NCBI GenBank assembly: GCA_035555795.1 | Contig: DATMGE010000077.1 | Coordinates: 19,568 to 83,567 of the forward strand | DNA: 64,000 bases | Source: Rhizobiaceae bacterium | GTDB lineage: Bacteria > Pseudomonadota > Alphaproteobacteria > Rhizobiales > Rhizobiaceae | Direction: 5' to 3' | In this document: one piece after another, positions 50,779 through 60,433 of the stretch | How positions within the stretch are numbered: position 1 is the first letter of the stretch | Layout of the letters: every line of letters starts with the position of its first letter | Position numbers and translations under genes: made by a program | Notes under the pieces: model-generated | Seen by the model: only the letters and a program-made list of their open reading frames with translations | Told to the model about the DNA's origin: nothing | Database searches by the model: none

Positions 50779-50786
50779 TTGTCTAT

Positions 50787-50848
50787 TTGTCTATACAATT
50801 CATCCTTTTTATGGTTTTACCGTGTGGCCGATGACGGCTTCATGACGG
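50787..50848 (-). promoter_or_regulatory. PhnF-type operator and Pho box upstream of phnG
   Basis: TTGTCTATACAA (HutC-type GTnTAnAC, 50787-50798); CCGTCAT-GAAG-CCGTCAT (50831-50848). Confidence 0.7.
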
Positions 50849-50870
50849 TTCGGATGATTCTGCGGGACAA

Positions 50871-51596
50871 ATGATGGATGTGAGCGATGGGGTGACGCGC
50901 TGGCGGCGCGTGGCCGACGATATTCGCAGCCGGATCGCGGAGGGGACGATTGCCGACCTTCTCCCGCCCGAAATGGAGCTCGCCGGCCGCTACGGCGTCA
51001 ATCGCCATACGGTCCGCCGCGCCATCGCGGCGCTGTCGGCCGAAGGCCTGCTGCGCGCGGAGCGGGGGCGCGGAACCTTCGTCAATGAGCGGCCGGGCAG
51101 GATCGTCTATCCGATCGGCGCGAGGACGCGGTTTTCCGAGAACATGCTGCGGCAGTCGATCGAGCCGTCCGGCAGGCTGATCCGTTCCGACCGCGTGGCT
51201 GCCGATGCGACGCTTGCGGCAGTCCTGCAATGCCGGGTCGGTACGCCGCTGCATCGGCTGGAACGTCTTTCGGTGGCGGACGGATTGCCCCTGTCCGGCT
51301 CGACCTCGCACCTCTCCGCGGAGCGGTTCCCCGGCATCATCGATGCCTATGCGGAGACGGGATCGATCACGGAAGCGCTGAAGCGCGAGGGCGTGTCCGA
51401 CTACCGCCGCGCTGAAACCCGGCTTTCCGCGGAACGGGTATCGGCACGGGACGCCGACCTGCTCAGCTGCGCGCCGGATGCGATCGTCCTTGTCAGCAAG
51501 GCTGTCGACATCGACCTCGAGGGCCGCCCGATCCACGCCGTCCGCACCAGGTTCCTTGCCGACAGGATGGAACTGGTCATCAGCGCCGAGGGGTAG
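50871..51596 (+). CDS. phnF: GntR/HutC-family phosphonate regulator
   Basis: LPPEMELA..VNRHTVRRA..GRGTFV, RTRFSEN, UTRA domain. Confidence 0.93.
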   Translation: MMDVSDGVTRWRRVADDIRSRIAEGTIADLLPPEMELAGRYGVNRHTVRRAIAALSAEGLLRAERGRGTFVNERPGRIVYPIGARTRFSENMLRQSIEPSGRLIRSDRVAADATLAAVLQCRVGTPLHRLERLSVADGLPLSGSTSHLSAERFPGIIDAYAETGSITEALKREGVSDYRRAETRLSAERVSARDADLLSCAPDAIVLVSKAVDIDLEGRPIHAVRTRFLADRMELVISAEG

Positions 51597-51758
51597 ATCG
51601 TGGGGGATTCCGGGATCGCATCAATGGACAGGTAACCATAGCAGGGCCGGGTACATGAAAGCGTGAAGATGATGGCTAAGATTGTGGGTACACGAATCAA
51701 GCGCTGTATATTTGCCTGACGTTTGATGGATGGCACCGACTTGCCGAGGGGGCTTTCG

Positions 51759-52787
51759 ATGCATGCATTGACCAAAACTGCCTCGCCGGAAACGCTCTAC
51801 CCCGGCTGTTCCGTGATGGTACCCGATGCCGATATCCCACTTGGTGGGCTGGAGCCGCCTTTTGAAACTTTCACCAGAGAAAAATGTTCGGCGGCTGCAG
51901 GTGCCTCGGTTGACCTTGTAATTCAATCTGCGGCGCAACTGCTTGTTCGGCCTATCGACGATGCAATCCGGAGCACGCTCACATTGCTCGGGGAGCATTC
52001 GCTGGCCGACCGGGCCTGGATGTTCGAATATGACTCTCGTGGTCTCTTTATACACAATACGCATGAATGGACCTGCGGCGAGGCAACCCCGCATGTCGAA
52101 GACCTCCAGGGCATGTCGATAGCCATGATTGGCTGGCTTCATCGATCGCTGATCGAGGGGTTGGCAGTCATGATAAACGATGTCGACCGACTCCCCCGGA
52201 TCGCCCGCCGGATGCAGGTCGAAATGCAGCGGCAGAAAGACCTCAGCGTGCTTTGCGTACCTGTATTCCACGACGGAAGGCTGCGTGCCTGTATCGGCTT
52301 TGATGCAACCCAACGTCATCGGCGATGGGATGAGGTGACGATCGGTACGCTTTTCCATTGCGCGGAACTGATCTCTGTCGCCCGCTATCGTGGTTCCGAG
52401 AGGGAAGAGTACCTTCAGAAGGCCAAACCCGACCGCCCGTCTCATGCGCCGATCATCCACCTTCAGGTTCGGAACGGCACGCGTGGTGTTTCGGTCGACA
52501 GCATATTGGGAGTACGTTCATCCCATAGCTATACGGAAGTGTGGTGCGCCGATGGCTCTGTCATCGTCGACCATCGACCCATCCACGTCTGGTTCCGTAT
52601 GCTTCCGGCCATGGATTTCATCCAGATTCATCGGACGGCCGCAATCCATCTCTCGCATGTCGAGCGTTTGGATCGCAAAGCTGGCCGTACCGGGTCGGGT
52701 TGGAACGCCTACCTTCGTGGCGAGGACAAACCCTGGTCAGTCTCACGCCCCTATCGGCAAGCCCTGCGCACAAAACTCGGCGTGTAG
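51759..52787 (+). CDS. GAF-domain + LytTR DNA-binding regulator
   Basis: ADRAWMF..NTHEW..SVLCVPV..IGFDA (GAF); FIQIHRTAAI..VSRPY (LytTR); start 51726 or 51759. Confidence 0.82.
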   Translation: MHALTKTASPETLYPGCSVMVPDADIPLGGLEPPFETFTREKCSAAAGASVDLVIQSAAQLLVRPIDDAIRSTLTLLGEHSLADRAWMFEYDSRGLFIHNTHEWTCGEATPHVEDLQGMSIAMIGWLHRSLIEGLAVMINDVDRLPRIARRMQVEMQRQKDLSVLCVPVFHDGRLRACIGFDATQRHRRWDEVTIGTLFHCAELISVARYRGSEREEYLQKAKPDRPSHAPIIHLQVRNGTRGVSVDSILGVRSSHSYTEVWCADGSVIVDHRPIHVWFRMLPAMDFIQIHRTAAIHLSHVERLDRKAGRTGSGWNAYLRGEDKPWSVSRPYRQALRTKLGV

Positions 52788-52806
52788 CCCGGCTCTGCTC
52801 GACGCA

Positions 52807-54414
52807 TTAGCGGTCCCATGTACCCAGTCCCGCATCATTGAAAAGGTCGGCGGTGAACCCACTCGTCTTGGCGTCGGTTGCCTTGAAGCTGACCGACCCG
52901 AGCGACCCCTTGGCCATACCTTCGCCGGCAGGCGCCATCGCGAAAGTGTCACCGTCCCAGTGCTGGAGTGGAAACACGAGTTTTTTAGGACCGAGCACAA
53001 GAGCAAGCCCGCCACCGTCGCGTTTGATTTCAGCGCTGCCGTAATAGGGGTTGGCATAGGTGCCTATATACGCATCAAGCTTATTGGCTGGCGACGCAGA
53101 GGCCGGCGGGCTCTGGCCAACGAGATCGCCCCGTGGCGCGAGTATGCCCGCGAAAGCGGTGTGGTAGGTGTCGAACCAGTCGCGGGTCGGCTGACCGTAC
53201 AGAGCGGTGTCAACGAACTGCGTGACTATGGCTTCCGTGGCGCCAACCGGCGCACCATTGGTCAGAACAATGATGCCGAGGTCGGCCGAGGGCACGATCT
53301 TAAAGCTGGTGCTGGCGCCGAGGACGAACGCGCCCGAATGCCCCATCGACGTCCGGCCATTGGCTTCAACATTGACGTTAAAGCCGTAGCCATAAAATCC
53401 TGATCGCGCGTCCATTTGCTGAGCACGTGCCGAGAAGGATTGTGCAGTCAATGCCGGTTGAATGGCTTCGGGCGTGAACAATGCTTTGCCATCGCGCGTG
53501 CCGCCCGCCAGCAACAGCTTCAACCATTCGGCCATGTCGACAACATTGGATGACAGGCTGCCGGCAGGTGCTTGGGCTTGCACGTTCAAGCTGTAGAGTG
53601 GTTGAAAGCGGCCATCTTCGAAAGCGTGAAGCTCGGCGCGATTTGATTGTGAGAGCAGGTCCTCGTAGGCGTAGCTGGTGGCCGTCATGCCGAGTGGCTG
53701 GAACAGCAGCTCATTGGCTAATGTTTCCCAGCCGGTATTGGCTGCGGCTGCCACCGCCTCGCCGGCGATTGTCGTCCCGAAATTGGCATAGGCATATGAA
53801 GTGCGGAAAGCCCCGAGCGGGAGCTGCGCCAGCCGTTCGATGATCGTTGCCCTGTCGAAGCCAAGTTCTTCCAGATCGTCGCCCGCTTCATGCGGCAGCC
53901 CTGACCGGTGAGAGAAAAGATCGCCGATCGTTGCATGTGATGTCACATAGGCATCGTTCAGCTTGAAGGCGGGCAGATATTTGACGATCGGGTCGTCCCA
54001 GCGGGCCGCGCCTTTTGCGATCTGTATTGCTGCGACGGTGGCTGAAACGGATTTCGATATGGAGGCGAGCTGAAAGACCGTTTCGGGCTCGACAGGCAGG
54101 TTCTTGCCCAATTCACGAACACCGAAACCGCGCGAGAAAACGGTCTCTCCACGATGTACGACGGCGACAGCCAGGCCAGGGACACCGCTGCGCCGCATGA
54201 TCTCATCGACGGTAGCCGGCAAGGCATCAAGCGCATGCTGGACGCCATCGGTCTCAAGTGCAATCGCGTCTGCTGGAGGAAATTCACCGACCTCGACCTG
54301 CGGGGACCCCGCCGCCGAAGGCCCGCTTGCATGGAGAAGCAAGACCAGACACCAGCAGAAAAGCGGGATCAGCAGGGGGAAACGTTGTATTCTTGCGTTT
54401 GCTGCAATCTTCAT
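52807..54414 (-). CDS. Secreted beta-lactamase-family serine hydrolase with DUF3471-like tail
   Basis: Signal peptide, FQLASISK (SxxK), YAYAN, GHSG, YIGTYANPYYG. Confidence 0.9.
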   Translation of the reverse strand: MKIAANARIQRFPLLIPLFCWCLVLLLHASGPSAAGSPQVEVGEFPPADAIALETDGVQHALDALPATVDEIMRRSGVPGLAVAVVHRGETVFSRGFGVRELGKNLPVEPETVFQLASISKSVSATVAAIQIAKGAARWDDPIVKYLPAFKLNDAYVTSHATIGDLFSHRSGLPHEAGDDLEELGFDRATIIERLAQLPLGAFRTSYAYANFGTTIAGEAVAAAANTGWETLANELLFQPLGMTATSYAYEDLLSQSNRAELHAFEDGRFQPLYSLNVQAQAPAGSLSSNVVDMAEWLKLLLAGGTRDGKALFTPEAIQPALTAQSFSARAQQMDARSGFYGYGFNVNVEANGRTSMGHSGAFVLGASTSFKIVPSADLGIIVLTNGAPVGATEAIVTQFVDTALYGQPTRDWFDTYHTAFAGILAPRGDLVGQSPPASASPANKLDAYIGTYANPYYGSAEIKRDGGGLALVLGPKKLVFPLQHWDGDTFAMAPAGEGMAKGSLGSVSFKATDAKTSGFTADLFNDAGLGTWDR

Positions 54415-54435
54415 GATCTGCGTCTTGTCCTTGAT

Positions 54436-56148
54436 CTATTTCGCTGCCCAGTCTGGGTCGTCGGAGCATGGCGCGGGGGCGGGCGCCTTGACCTCACGTA
54501 TCGGATAGTCGTCCGGTGTCACACCCTTGAGGTACTCGATCAGCGCATAGCGCTCATCCTCGCTTAATGCGCGTCCGATCCGGCCGGGACGACTCTGATC
54601 ATCGGTAAACCAGTGGCCTGCATTGCTGTTGCCCGGCTGCGCGGTGTCGATCAAGGTCGCTCCCTCCGGAGCCTCCGGGCTCAATCCGACCTTGTTCGTA
54701 TCGATGTCGTTGCCGCCGGTAAGGAACGTCGCTGGACGGGCCTCGCTCAGCATGTCGTAGATGGTGGGCACCGAGCCATTGTGCAGGAATGGCGCGGTTG
54801 CCCAGACGCCGGTCAGCGGTCGCGCCTTATATCCGCAGGGCGATGGATTGAAGTCGTTCTTGCGATCGAAACCGTTGTAGTCCGGCCATTCACTTTCGGC
54901 TATTCCGGCATCGAGATAGGCTTGCCGCTTGACCGGAACCACGACTGCATGGAGGCCTTCCGCGGCACTGAGCGGGCGATCGATGCCAAGTTTGCTCGCA
55001 TCGTAGCGTCGTCCGGCGAAATTGACGGCCTGGTTGGGGTCGGTACCGATACGGTCCAACGGTATCACGGATACGTGCCACTCATTCGTACCCTCGATCT
55101 TCTGAACGCCGTGGCACCCCGAACAATTCGCGGCGAAGAGATCTTTGCCCGCTGCATAGCGTGAAGGGTCGAGTGGACCGAGAACACTTTCAGGCCATGC
55201 AGGCGGCTTGAGCTTTTGCAGTGTCTTTTCGAGATTGAACAGATTGTGCACGCGCAAGGTCGTTTTCCAGCGCGTTTCCTCCGGCAGGATTTCACCCGTC
55301 GCGGGATCGGTCAGCTGGAAGCGGCCGACACCCATGGCCTCGATCATGTTGCGCGACATCGGCTGACGCGCCGAGGCGTTGTATTGGACCCAGTCGAAGC
55401 GCCAGATATCCCAGAGGTAGGGGAAGCTGGTGGGGGCATCGCCTGGATAAGCGTTCTTCGGCTCGGCTAAGCCGTAGGTGAAGACGGCATTGGCGATATC
55501 ATTCACCGCATCCAGCCGCCCGTAGCCGGTAAGGGTGGAGCCCTGCGCTATGGCCTCGGAACGCTCGATCGAACCGCGTGAACCTTGGACGAGAAGCTCG
55601 AGATCACGTTCCACGCGCTCCTTTGGATAGCCGAGCAGGACCGATCGCTGCAGGAAGCGATCGCGGCGGGCGGGATCTTCACTTGTTGCGATGATCTGCT
55701 TGTTCAAATCCGCTGCGAACGCATTGAAGTCCACATGGGACTGGCCGCCGTCGATCTGGATACGCTGTCCCGAGTGACGTATCTGGCCGGAATGGCAGGC
55801 GGCGCAGGTCAGGCCTGCCTGGGGCACGCCGGCGGGATTTGGGTCCGCGTCAACGATGAAGCCGATCGGCCAGCCATAGGGATTGCCCGCATGGTTGGCG
55901 CCGTCGGAGACGAGACCATATCGCGCAAGGTTCTCCGGCTTCATGAAGCGGCCGCCCTGGCCATCTTCAAGCGCCTCAAGGAAGGCGCTGGGCACGAGGA
56001 AGGTGCCTTGCGAGGTGTATCGATACAGTGCCCGCTGATCGTCAGACCAGCCTTGATCGAGTTGGATGACTGCCGGTTCGGCAAGAGCGGCAAATGGCAT
56101 TGCCGAGGAGATGAAGAGGGCGAGGAAATGGAGGCGATCCATTCTCAT
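54436..56148 (-). CDS. Secreted di-heme cytochrome c, RoxA/MauG-like family
   Basis: Signal peptide, CAACH (55792-55806), CSGCH (55111-55125), GRLDA, IGTDP, GVWATAPFLHNGSVP. Confidence 0.88.
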   Translation of the reverse strand: MRMDRLHFLALFISSAMPFAALAEPAVIQLDQGWSDDQRALYRYTSQGTFLVPSAFLEALEDGQGGRFMKPENLARYGLVSDGANHAGNPYGWPIGFIVDADPNPAGVPQAGLTCAACHSGQIRHSGQRIQIDGGQSHVDFNAFAADLNKQIIATSEDPARRDRFLQRSVLLGYPKERVERDLELLVQGSRGSIERSEAIAQGSTLTGYGRLDAVNDIANAVFTYGLAEPKNAYPGDAPTSFPYLWDIWRFDWVQYNASARQPMSRNMIEAMGVGRFQLTDPATGEILPEETRWKTTLRVHNLFNLEKTLQKLKPPAWPESVLGPLDPSRYAAGKDLFAANCSGCHGVQKIEGTNEWHVSVIPLDRIGTDPNQAVNFAGRRYDASKLGIDRPLSAAEGLHAVVVPVKRQAYLDAGIAESEWPDYNGFDRKNDFNPSPCGYKARPLTGVWATAPFLHNGSVPTIYDMLSEARPATFLTGGNDIDTNKVGLSPEAPEGATLIDTAQPGNSNAGHWFTDDQSRPGRIGRALSEDERYALIEYLKGVTPDDYPIREVKAPAPAPCSDDPDWAAK

Positions 56149-56381
56149 GGCTTATGCCTTTTCGATGTCTGCGGGTTGCTGGGATGCCAAGGGGGCTGTC
56201 ACGGAAACGGGCATGCCGTTGAGCCGATGTCGCGAACACCACTGCATGACACCAGCCGTCAGATGTCCGAGGGACACCTGACGATCAGGAGATCCATCTT
56301 TCGAGGCGCTGTCGTTCATTGCGTGCTCGCTAGCCGAGCAACGACATCAACGAGCGTGTCCGGGGAGCACAAGTACAAATG

Positions 56382-56413
56382 GACGAAACGACATCTGCGT
56401 TCGACGAAACGAC
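56382..56413 (-). promoter_or_regulatory. Direct repeat, putative LytTR binding site
   Basis: GACGAAACGAC twice with 21-bp period, upstream of the cytochrome gene. Confidence 0.65.
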
Positions 56414-56515
56414 GCCAGCCTGCCCTCGGCTTTCGCCGTGGTCAGAACATCCCTGTCCCGGACAAGGCGGATATCGGTGTGCGTCGAGCGTCCAGGTTCG
56501 ATGGCTGCAAAGCGG

Positions 56516-57499
56516 TCAAAGCGGCTTCTTCAGCCATTTCGACAGGACGCCGACAATGCCTTCGCGAAACAGCAGCACGGCGATGACGAAGACGACGCCC
56601 TGCGCGACAGTGACCCAGGCGCCGAGGCTCGCCAGATAGTTCTGCATCGTGATGATGATCGCAGCGCCGATCATCGGCCCGAAGACGGTGCCCATGCCGC
56701 CGAGCAGCGTCATCAGAACGACCTCGCCGGACATGGTCCAGTAGACATCGGTGAGCGAGGCGAGCTGGACGACGATGGCCTTGGTCGCGCCGGCGAGGCC
56801 AGCCAAGGCGGCCGACAGAACGAAAACCGCGAGCTTGTATCGATCGGTGCGGTAGCCGAGCGAAATCGCGCGCGGCTCGTTGTCGCGAATGGCCTTCAGC
56901 ACCTGTCCGAAAGGCGAGTGGATGATGCGGTAGATCACCAGCATGCCGAGGAGGAAGATCGCCGCCACGACATAATAGAGCGTCATCGTATCGGCGAGGT
57001 TGAGCAGGCCGAACAGATGGCCGCGCGGCACCGCCTGGATGCCGTCTTCGCCGCCGGTGAACGGCGCCTGCACCGCGAAGAAATAGGTCATCTGAGCAAA
57101 GGCCAGCGTGACCATCGCGAAATAGATGCCCTGGCGGCGGATGGCCAGCGCGCCGAAAGCGAGGCCGAGCACGGCGGCGGTGGCCATTCCCGCCAGAATG
57201 GCCAGTTCGGGCGGAAAGCCCCAGATCTTGGCGGCATGCGCCGAGACATAGCTCGCCATGCCGAAATAGGCGGCATGGCCGAATGACAGCAGCCCGCCAT
57301 AGCCGAGCAGGAGATTGAAGGCCGAGGCGAACAGGGCAAAGCACAGGAGCTTCATCAGGAAGAACGGATAAAGCAGCGCCGGTGCGATCAGCAGAAGGGC
57401 GGCGAGGCAGATGAAGATCGCGACGTGCAGGCGCTTGCCGCCGGGGGTGCTTTCGGCAAGGGCGGCGCCTGCGCCCGCCGGTTCCGTTTCGACCTGCAT
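56516..57499 (-). CDS. livM: Branched-chain amino acid-type ABC permease
   Basis: GLLSFGHAAYFG, TGGEDG, AIRDNE. Confidence 0.9.
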   Translation of the reverse strand: MQVETEPAGAGAALAESTPGGKRLHVAIFICLAALLLIAPALLYPFFLMKLLCFALFASAFNLLLGYGGLLSFGHAAYFGMASYVSAHAAKIWGFPPELAILAGMATAAVLGLAFGALAIRRQGIYFAMVTLAFAQMTYFFAVQAPFTGGEDGIQAVPRGHLFGLLNLADTMTLYYVVAAIFLLGMLVIYRIIHSPFGQVLKAIRDNEPRAISLGYRTDRYKLAVFVLSAALAGLAGATKAIVVQLASLTDVYWTMSGEVVLMTLLGGMGTVFGPMIGAAIIITMQNYLASLGAWVTVAQGVVFVIAVLLFREGIVGVLSKWLKKPL

Positions 57500-57500
57500 T

Positions 57501-58388
57501 TCAGATCTCCCTTCCGAACAGGCCGGCCGGCTTCACCAGAAGGACGATCGCCATGATGATGAAAATGACCGTCGCGGCGGCTTCCGGATAGAAGACCTTG
57601 GTGAGGCCCTCGATGAGGCCGAGCGCGAAGCCGGTGACGATGGCGCCGAGGATCGAGCCCATGCCGCCGATGACGACCACCGCGAAAACCACGATGATGA
57701 GGTTCGACCCCATCATCGGGTTGACGGCATAGATCGGCGCCGCCAGCACGCCGGCAAAGCCCGCTAGGGCGACGCCGAACCCGTAGGTGAGCGTGACGAG
57801 CAGCGGCACGTTGATGCCGAATGCCTGGACGAGCGTGGGATTTTCCGTTGCGGCGCGCAGATAGGCGCCCAGCCTGGTCTTCTCGATGACGATCCATGTG
57901 CCGAGGCAGACGACAAGCGAGGCCACCACCACCCAGCCGCGATAGAGCGGCAGGAACATGAAGCCCAGATTGACGCCGCCGCTCAACTGCGGCGGGATGG
58001 CATAGGCCAGCCCCGACACGCCATAGGCATTGCGGAACAGGCCCTCGATTATCAGGGCGAGGCCGAAGGTCAGCAGCAGTCCATAGAGATGGTCGAGCTT
58101 GTAGAGGTGTGAAATCAGCGTCCGCTCGATGACCATGCCGATCACGCCGACGATGAGCGGCGCAAGCAGCAGCGCCGGCCAATAGCCGATGCCGAGATAG
58201 GCCAGCAGCATCCAGGCGACAAAGGCACCCATCATATATTGGGCGCCGTGGGTGAAATTGATGATGTTGAGCAGTCCGAAGATGACCGCGAGGCCGAGGC
58301 TCAGCGTCGCGTAGAAAGCGCCATTGATGAAGCCGAGCAGCAACTGACCGTAGAGTGCGGCGGCCGGGATACCGAAAATTTCAGCCAT
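57501..58388 (-). CDS. livH: Branched-chain amino acid-type ABC permease
   Basis: SLGLAVIFG..INFTHG, VIGGMGS. Confidence 0.9.
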   Translation of the reverse strand: MAEIFGIPAAALYGQLLLGFINGAFYATLSLGLAVIFGLLNIINFTHGAQYMMGAFVAWMLLAYLGIGYWPALLLAPLIVGVIGMVIERTLISHLYKLDHLYGLLLTFGLALIIEGLFRNAYGVSGLAYAIPPQLSGGVNLGFMFLPLYRGWVVVASLVVCLGTWIVIEKTRLGAYLRAATENPTLVQAFGINVPLLVTLTYGFGVALAGFAGVLAAPIYAVNPMMGSNLIIVVFAVVVIGGMGSILGAIVTGFALGLIEGLTKVFYPEAAATVIFIIMAIVLLVKPAGLFGREI

Positions 58389-58413
58389 CGGACATTTTCC
58401 GGAAATGACGTTT

Positions 58414-58436
58414 CCCGGGAGCCGAGGCTCCCGGGG
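58414..58436 (-). terminator. Intercistronic hairpin after the liv SBP gene
   Basis: CCCGGGAGCC-GA-GGCTCCCGGG inverted repeat. Confidence 0.5.
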
Positions 58437-58451
58437 CACGCGGTTTCGACC

Positions 58452-59657
58452 TTACTTGACGAGGCTGCAGCCGCCATCGGCCAGCGGGCGGAAGGCTTCC
58501 GCGGCCGGGATCGTCGCGACCGTCTTGTAGAGATCCCAGTCTGCCGTGGACTCTTCCGGCTTCTTGACCTCGAACAGGTACATGTCGTGGACGTGGCGGC
58601 CGTCGACGCGAACCTCGCCCTTGCCGAACAGCGGATCTTCGGACGGCATTTCCTTCATCTTGGCCATGACGGCGGTTGCATCCTTGCCCTTGGTCGCCTC
58701 GACGGCCTTGAGGTAGTGCAGCACCGATGCGTAGACGCCGGCATGCACCATGGTCGGCATGGAGCCGCCATGCTTCTCGGCGAAGCGCTTGGAGAATTCG
58801 CGCGTGCCGTCATTCTGGTCCCAGTAGAAGGCTTCCGTGAGCACGAGGCCCTGGGCGGTGGCGAGGCCCAGCGCCTTGACGTCGGTCACGAAGGTCAGCA
58901 GGCCGGCGAGCTTCTGGCCGCCCTGGACGATGCCGAATTCGGACGCCTGCTTGATGGCGTTGGTGGTGTCGGCGCCGGCATTGGCCAGGCCGATGACCTT
59001 GGCGCCCGATCCCTGCGCCTGCAGCAGGAAGGAGGAGAAGTCCTGGCCGGGGAAGGGATGGCGCACGCTGCCGAGCACCTTGCCGCCGGCCTTCTCGACC
59101 AGCGCAGAGGTGTCGCGCTCGAGCGCATGGCCGAAGGCATAGTCGGCGGTCAGGAAGAACCAGGTGTCGCCGCCGGCCTTGACCATCGCGCCGCCCGTGC
59201 CATTGGCCAGCGCCCAGGTGTCATAGGTCCAGTGGACGGTGTTGGGCGAACAGGCCTTGCCGGTCAGGTCCGACGCGCCGGCGCCGGAGTTCATGAAGAT
59301 CTTGTTCTTTTCCTTGGTGATCTCGCTGACGGCAAGCGCCACCGACGAGGTCGGCACGTCGAGGATGACGTCCACGCCATCCTGGTCATACCACTGGCGC
59401 GCGATGCTGGACCCGATGTCGGGCTTGTTCTGGTGGTCGGCCGAGATCACCTCGACATTGATGCCCTTGTCCGCGGCCTTGAAATCCTCGACCGCCATCC
59501 GGGCGGCGACGACCGAGCCTTCGCCCGAAAGGTCGGCATAGGTGCCGGACCGGTCGTTGAGTACGCCGAGCTTCACATTGATCTTGTCCTGGGCGAGTGC
59601 GCTGCCCGACATCAGGGCCGCAGCGGCTGCGGCCAGGATCAGTTTCGAGATCTTCAT
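58452..59657 (-). CDS. livK: Branched-chain amino acid-type ABC substrate-binding protein
   Basis: Signal peptide, ADHQNKPD, TADYAFG, DFSSFLLQAQ. Confidence 0.9.
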   Translation of the reverse strand: MKISKLILAAAAAALMSGSALAQDKINVKLGVLNDRSGTYADLSGEGSVVAARMAVEDFKAADKGINVEVISADHQNKPDIGSSIARQWYDQDGVDVILDVPTSSVALAVSEITKEKNKIFMNSGAGASDLTGKACSPNTVHWTYDTWALANGTGGAMVKAGGDTWFFLTADYAFGHALERDTSALVEKAGGKVLGSVRHPFPGQDFSSFLLQAQGSGAKVIGLANAGADTTNAIKQASEFGIVQGGQKLAGLLTFVTDVKALGLATAQGLVLTEAFYWDQNDGTREFSKRFAEKHGGSMPTMVHAGVYASVLHYLKAVEATKGKDATAVMAKMKEMPSEDPLFGKGEVRVDGRHVHDMYLFEVKKPEESTADWDLYKTVATIPAAEAFRPLADGGCSLVK

Positions 59658-59689
59658 TGTCCTCACTCCCTTTTTGTTGATCGAAACCT

Positions 59690-60433
59690 TCAAACGCCAA
59701 GATAGCGGTGAAGCTTGCCCATGTTTGCCTCCAACTCCACGTTGGCGACCTCGTCGACGACGCGGCCCTGCTCGACGATGTAGTGGCGGTCGGCGACCGC
59801 CGCCGCGGCATGGAAATTCTGCTCGACAAGGAGGATGGTGAACCCCATCGACTTCAGCCTGGAGATCATGCGCCCGATCTGCTGGACGATGACGGGCGCA
59901 AGGCCCTCGGTCGGCTCGTCAAGCAGAAGCAGCCGCGCGCCGGTGCGCAGGATGCGGCCGATCGCCAGCATCTGCTGCTCGCCGCCGGAAAGCTTGGTGC
60001 CCTGGCTGTGCAGCCGCTCCCTGAGATTGGGAAAGAGATCGAAGATCTGCTCGAGCGTGAAGCCGCCCGGCGCGATGACCGGCGGCAGCATCAGGTTTTC
60101 CCTGACGTCGAGACTGGAGAAGATGCCGCGCTCCTCCGGGCACCAGGCGATGCCCTTCCTGGCGATATGCCGCGAGGCGAGGCCGACCAGTTCGTCGCCA
60201 TTGAGGCGGACCGAGCCCCGGCGCTTCTCGATCACGCCCATGATCGATTTCAGCGTGGTCGTCTTTCCAGCGCCGTTGCGGCCGAGCAATGTCACCACCT
60301 CGCCGGCCCGCACATCGAAGGCCATGCCATGGAGCACATGCGATTCACCGTACCAAGCATTGAGGTCGCGCACCGACAGCAGCACCTCCGTCGCGGCGGT
60401 CGGGGCGGGCTGGCTTGCGGCGGCGCTATGCAT
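59690..60433 (-). CDS. livF: ABC ATPase (LivF-like)
   Basis: GRNGAGKT, LSGGEQQML, DEPTEGLAP, VEQN. Confidence 0.9.
   Translation of the reverse strand: MHSAAASQPAPTAATEVLLSVRDLNAWYGESHVLHGMAFDVRAGEVVTLLGRNGAGKTTTLKSIMGVIEKRRGSVRLNGDELVGLASRHIARKGIAWCPEERGIFSSLDVRENLMLPPVIAPGGFTLEQIFDLFPNLRERLHSQGTKLSGGEQQMLAIGRILRTGARLLLLDEPTEGLAPVIVQQIGRMISRLKSMGFTILLVEQNFHAAAAVADRHYIVEQGRVVDEVANVELEANMGKLHRYLGV

Noticed and set aside
51649-51696. GGGTACAYGAA direct repeat upstream of the LytTR gene
   Set aside because: 37-bp period and a different sequence from the 56382 repeat; may be chance
52807-54414. Beta-lactam resistance gene
   Set aside because: SxxK-fold proteins with this tail and HSG rather than KTG are often peptidases or esterases; resistance cannot be inferred
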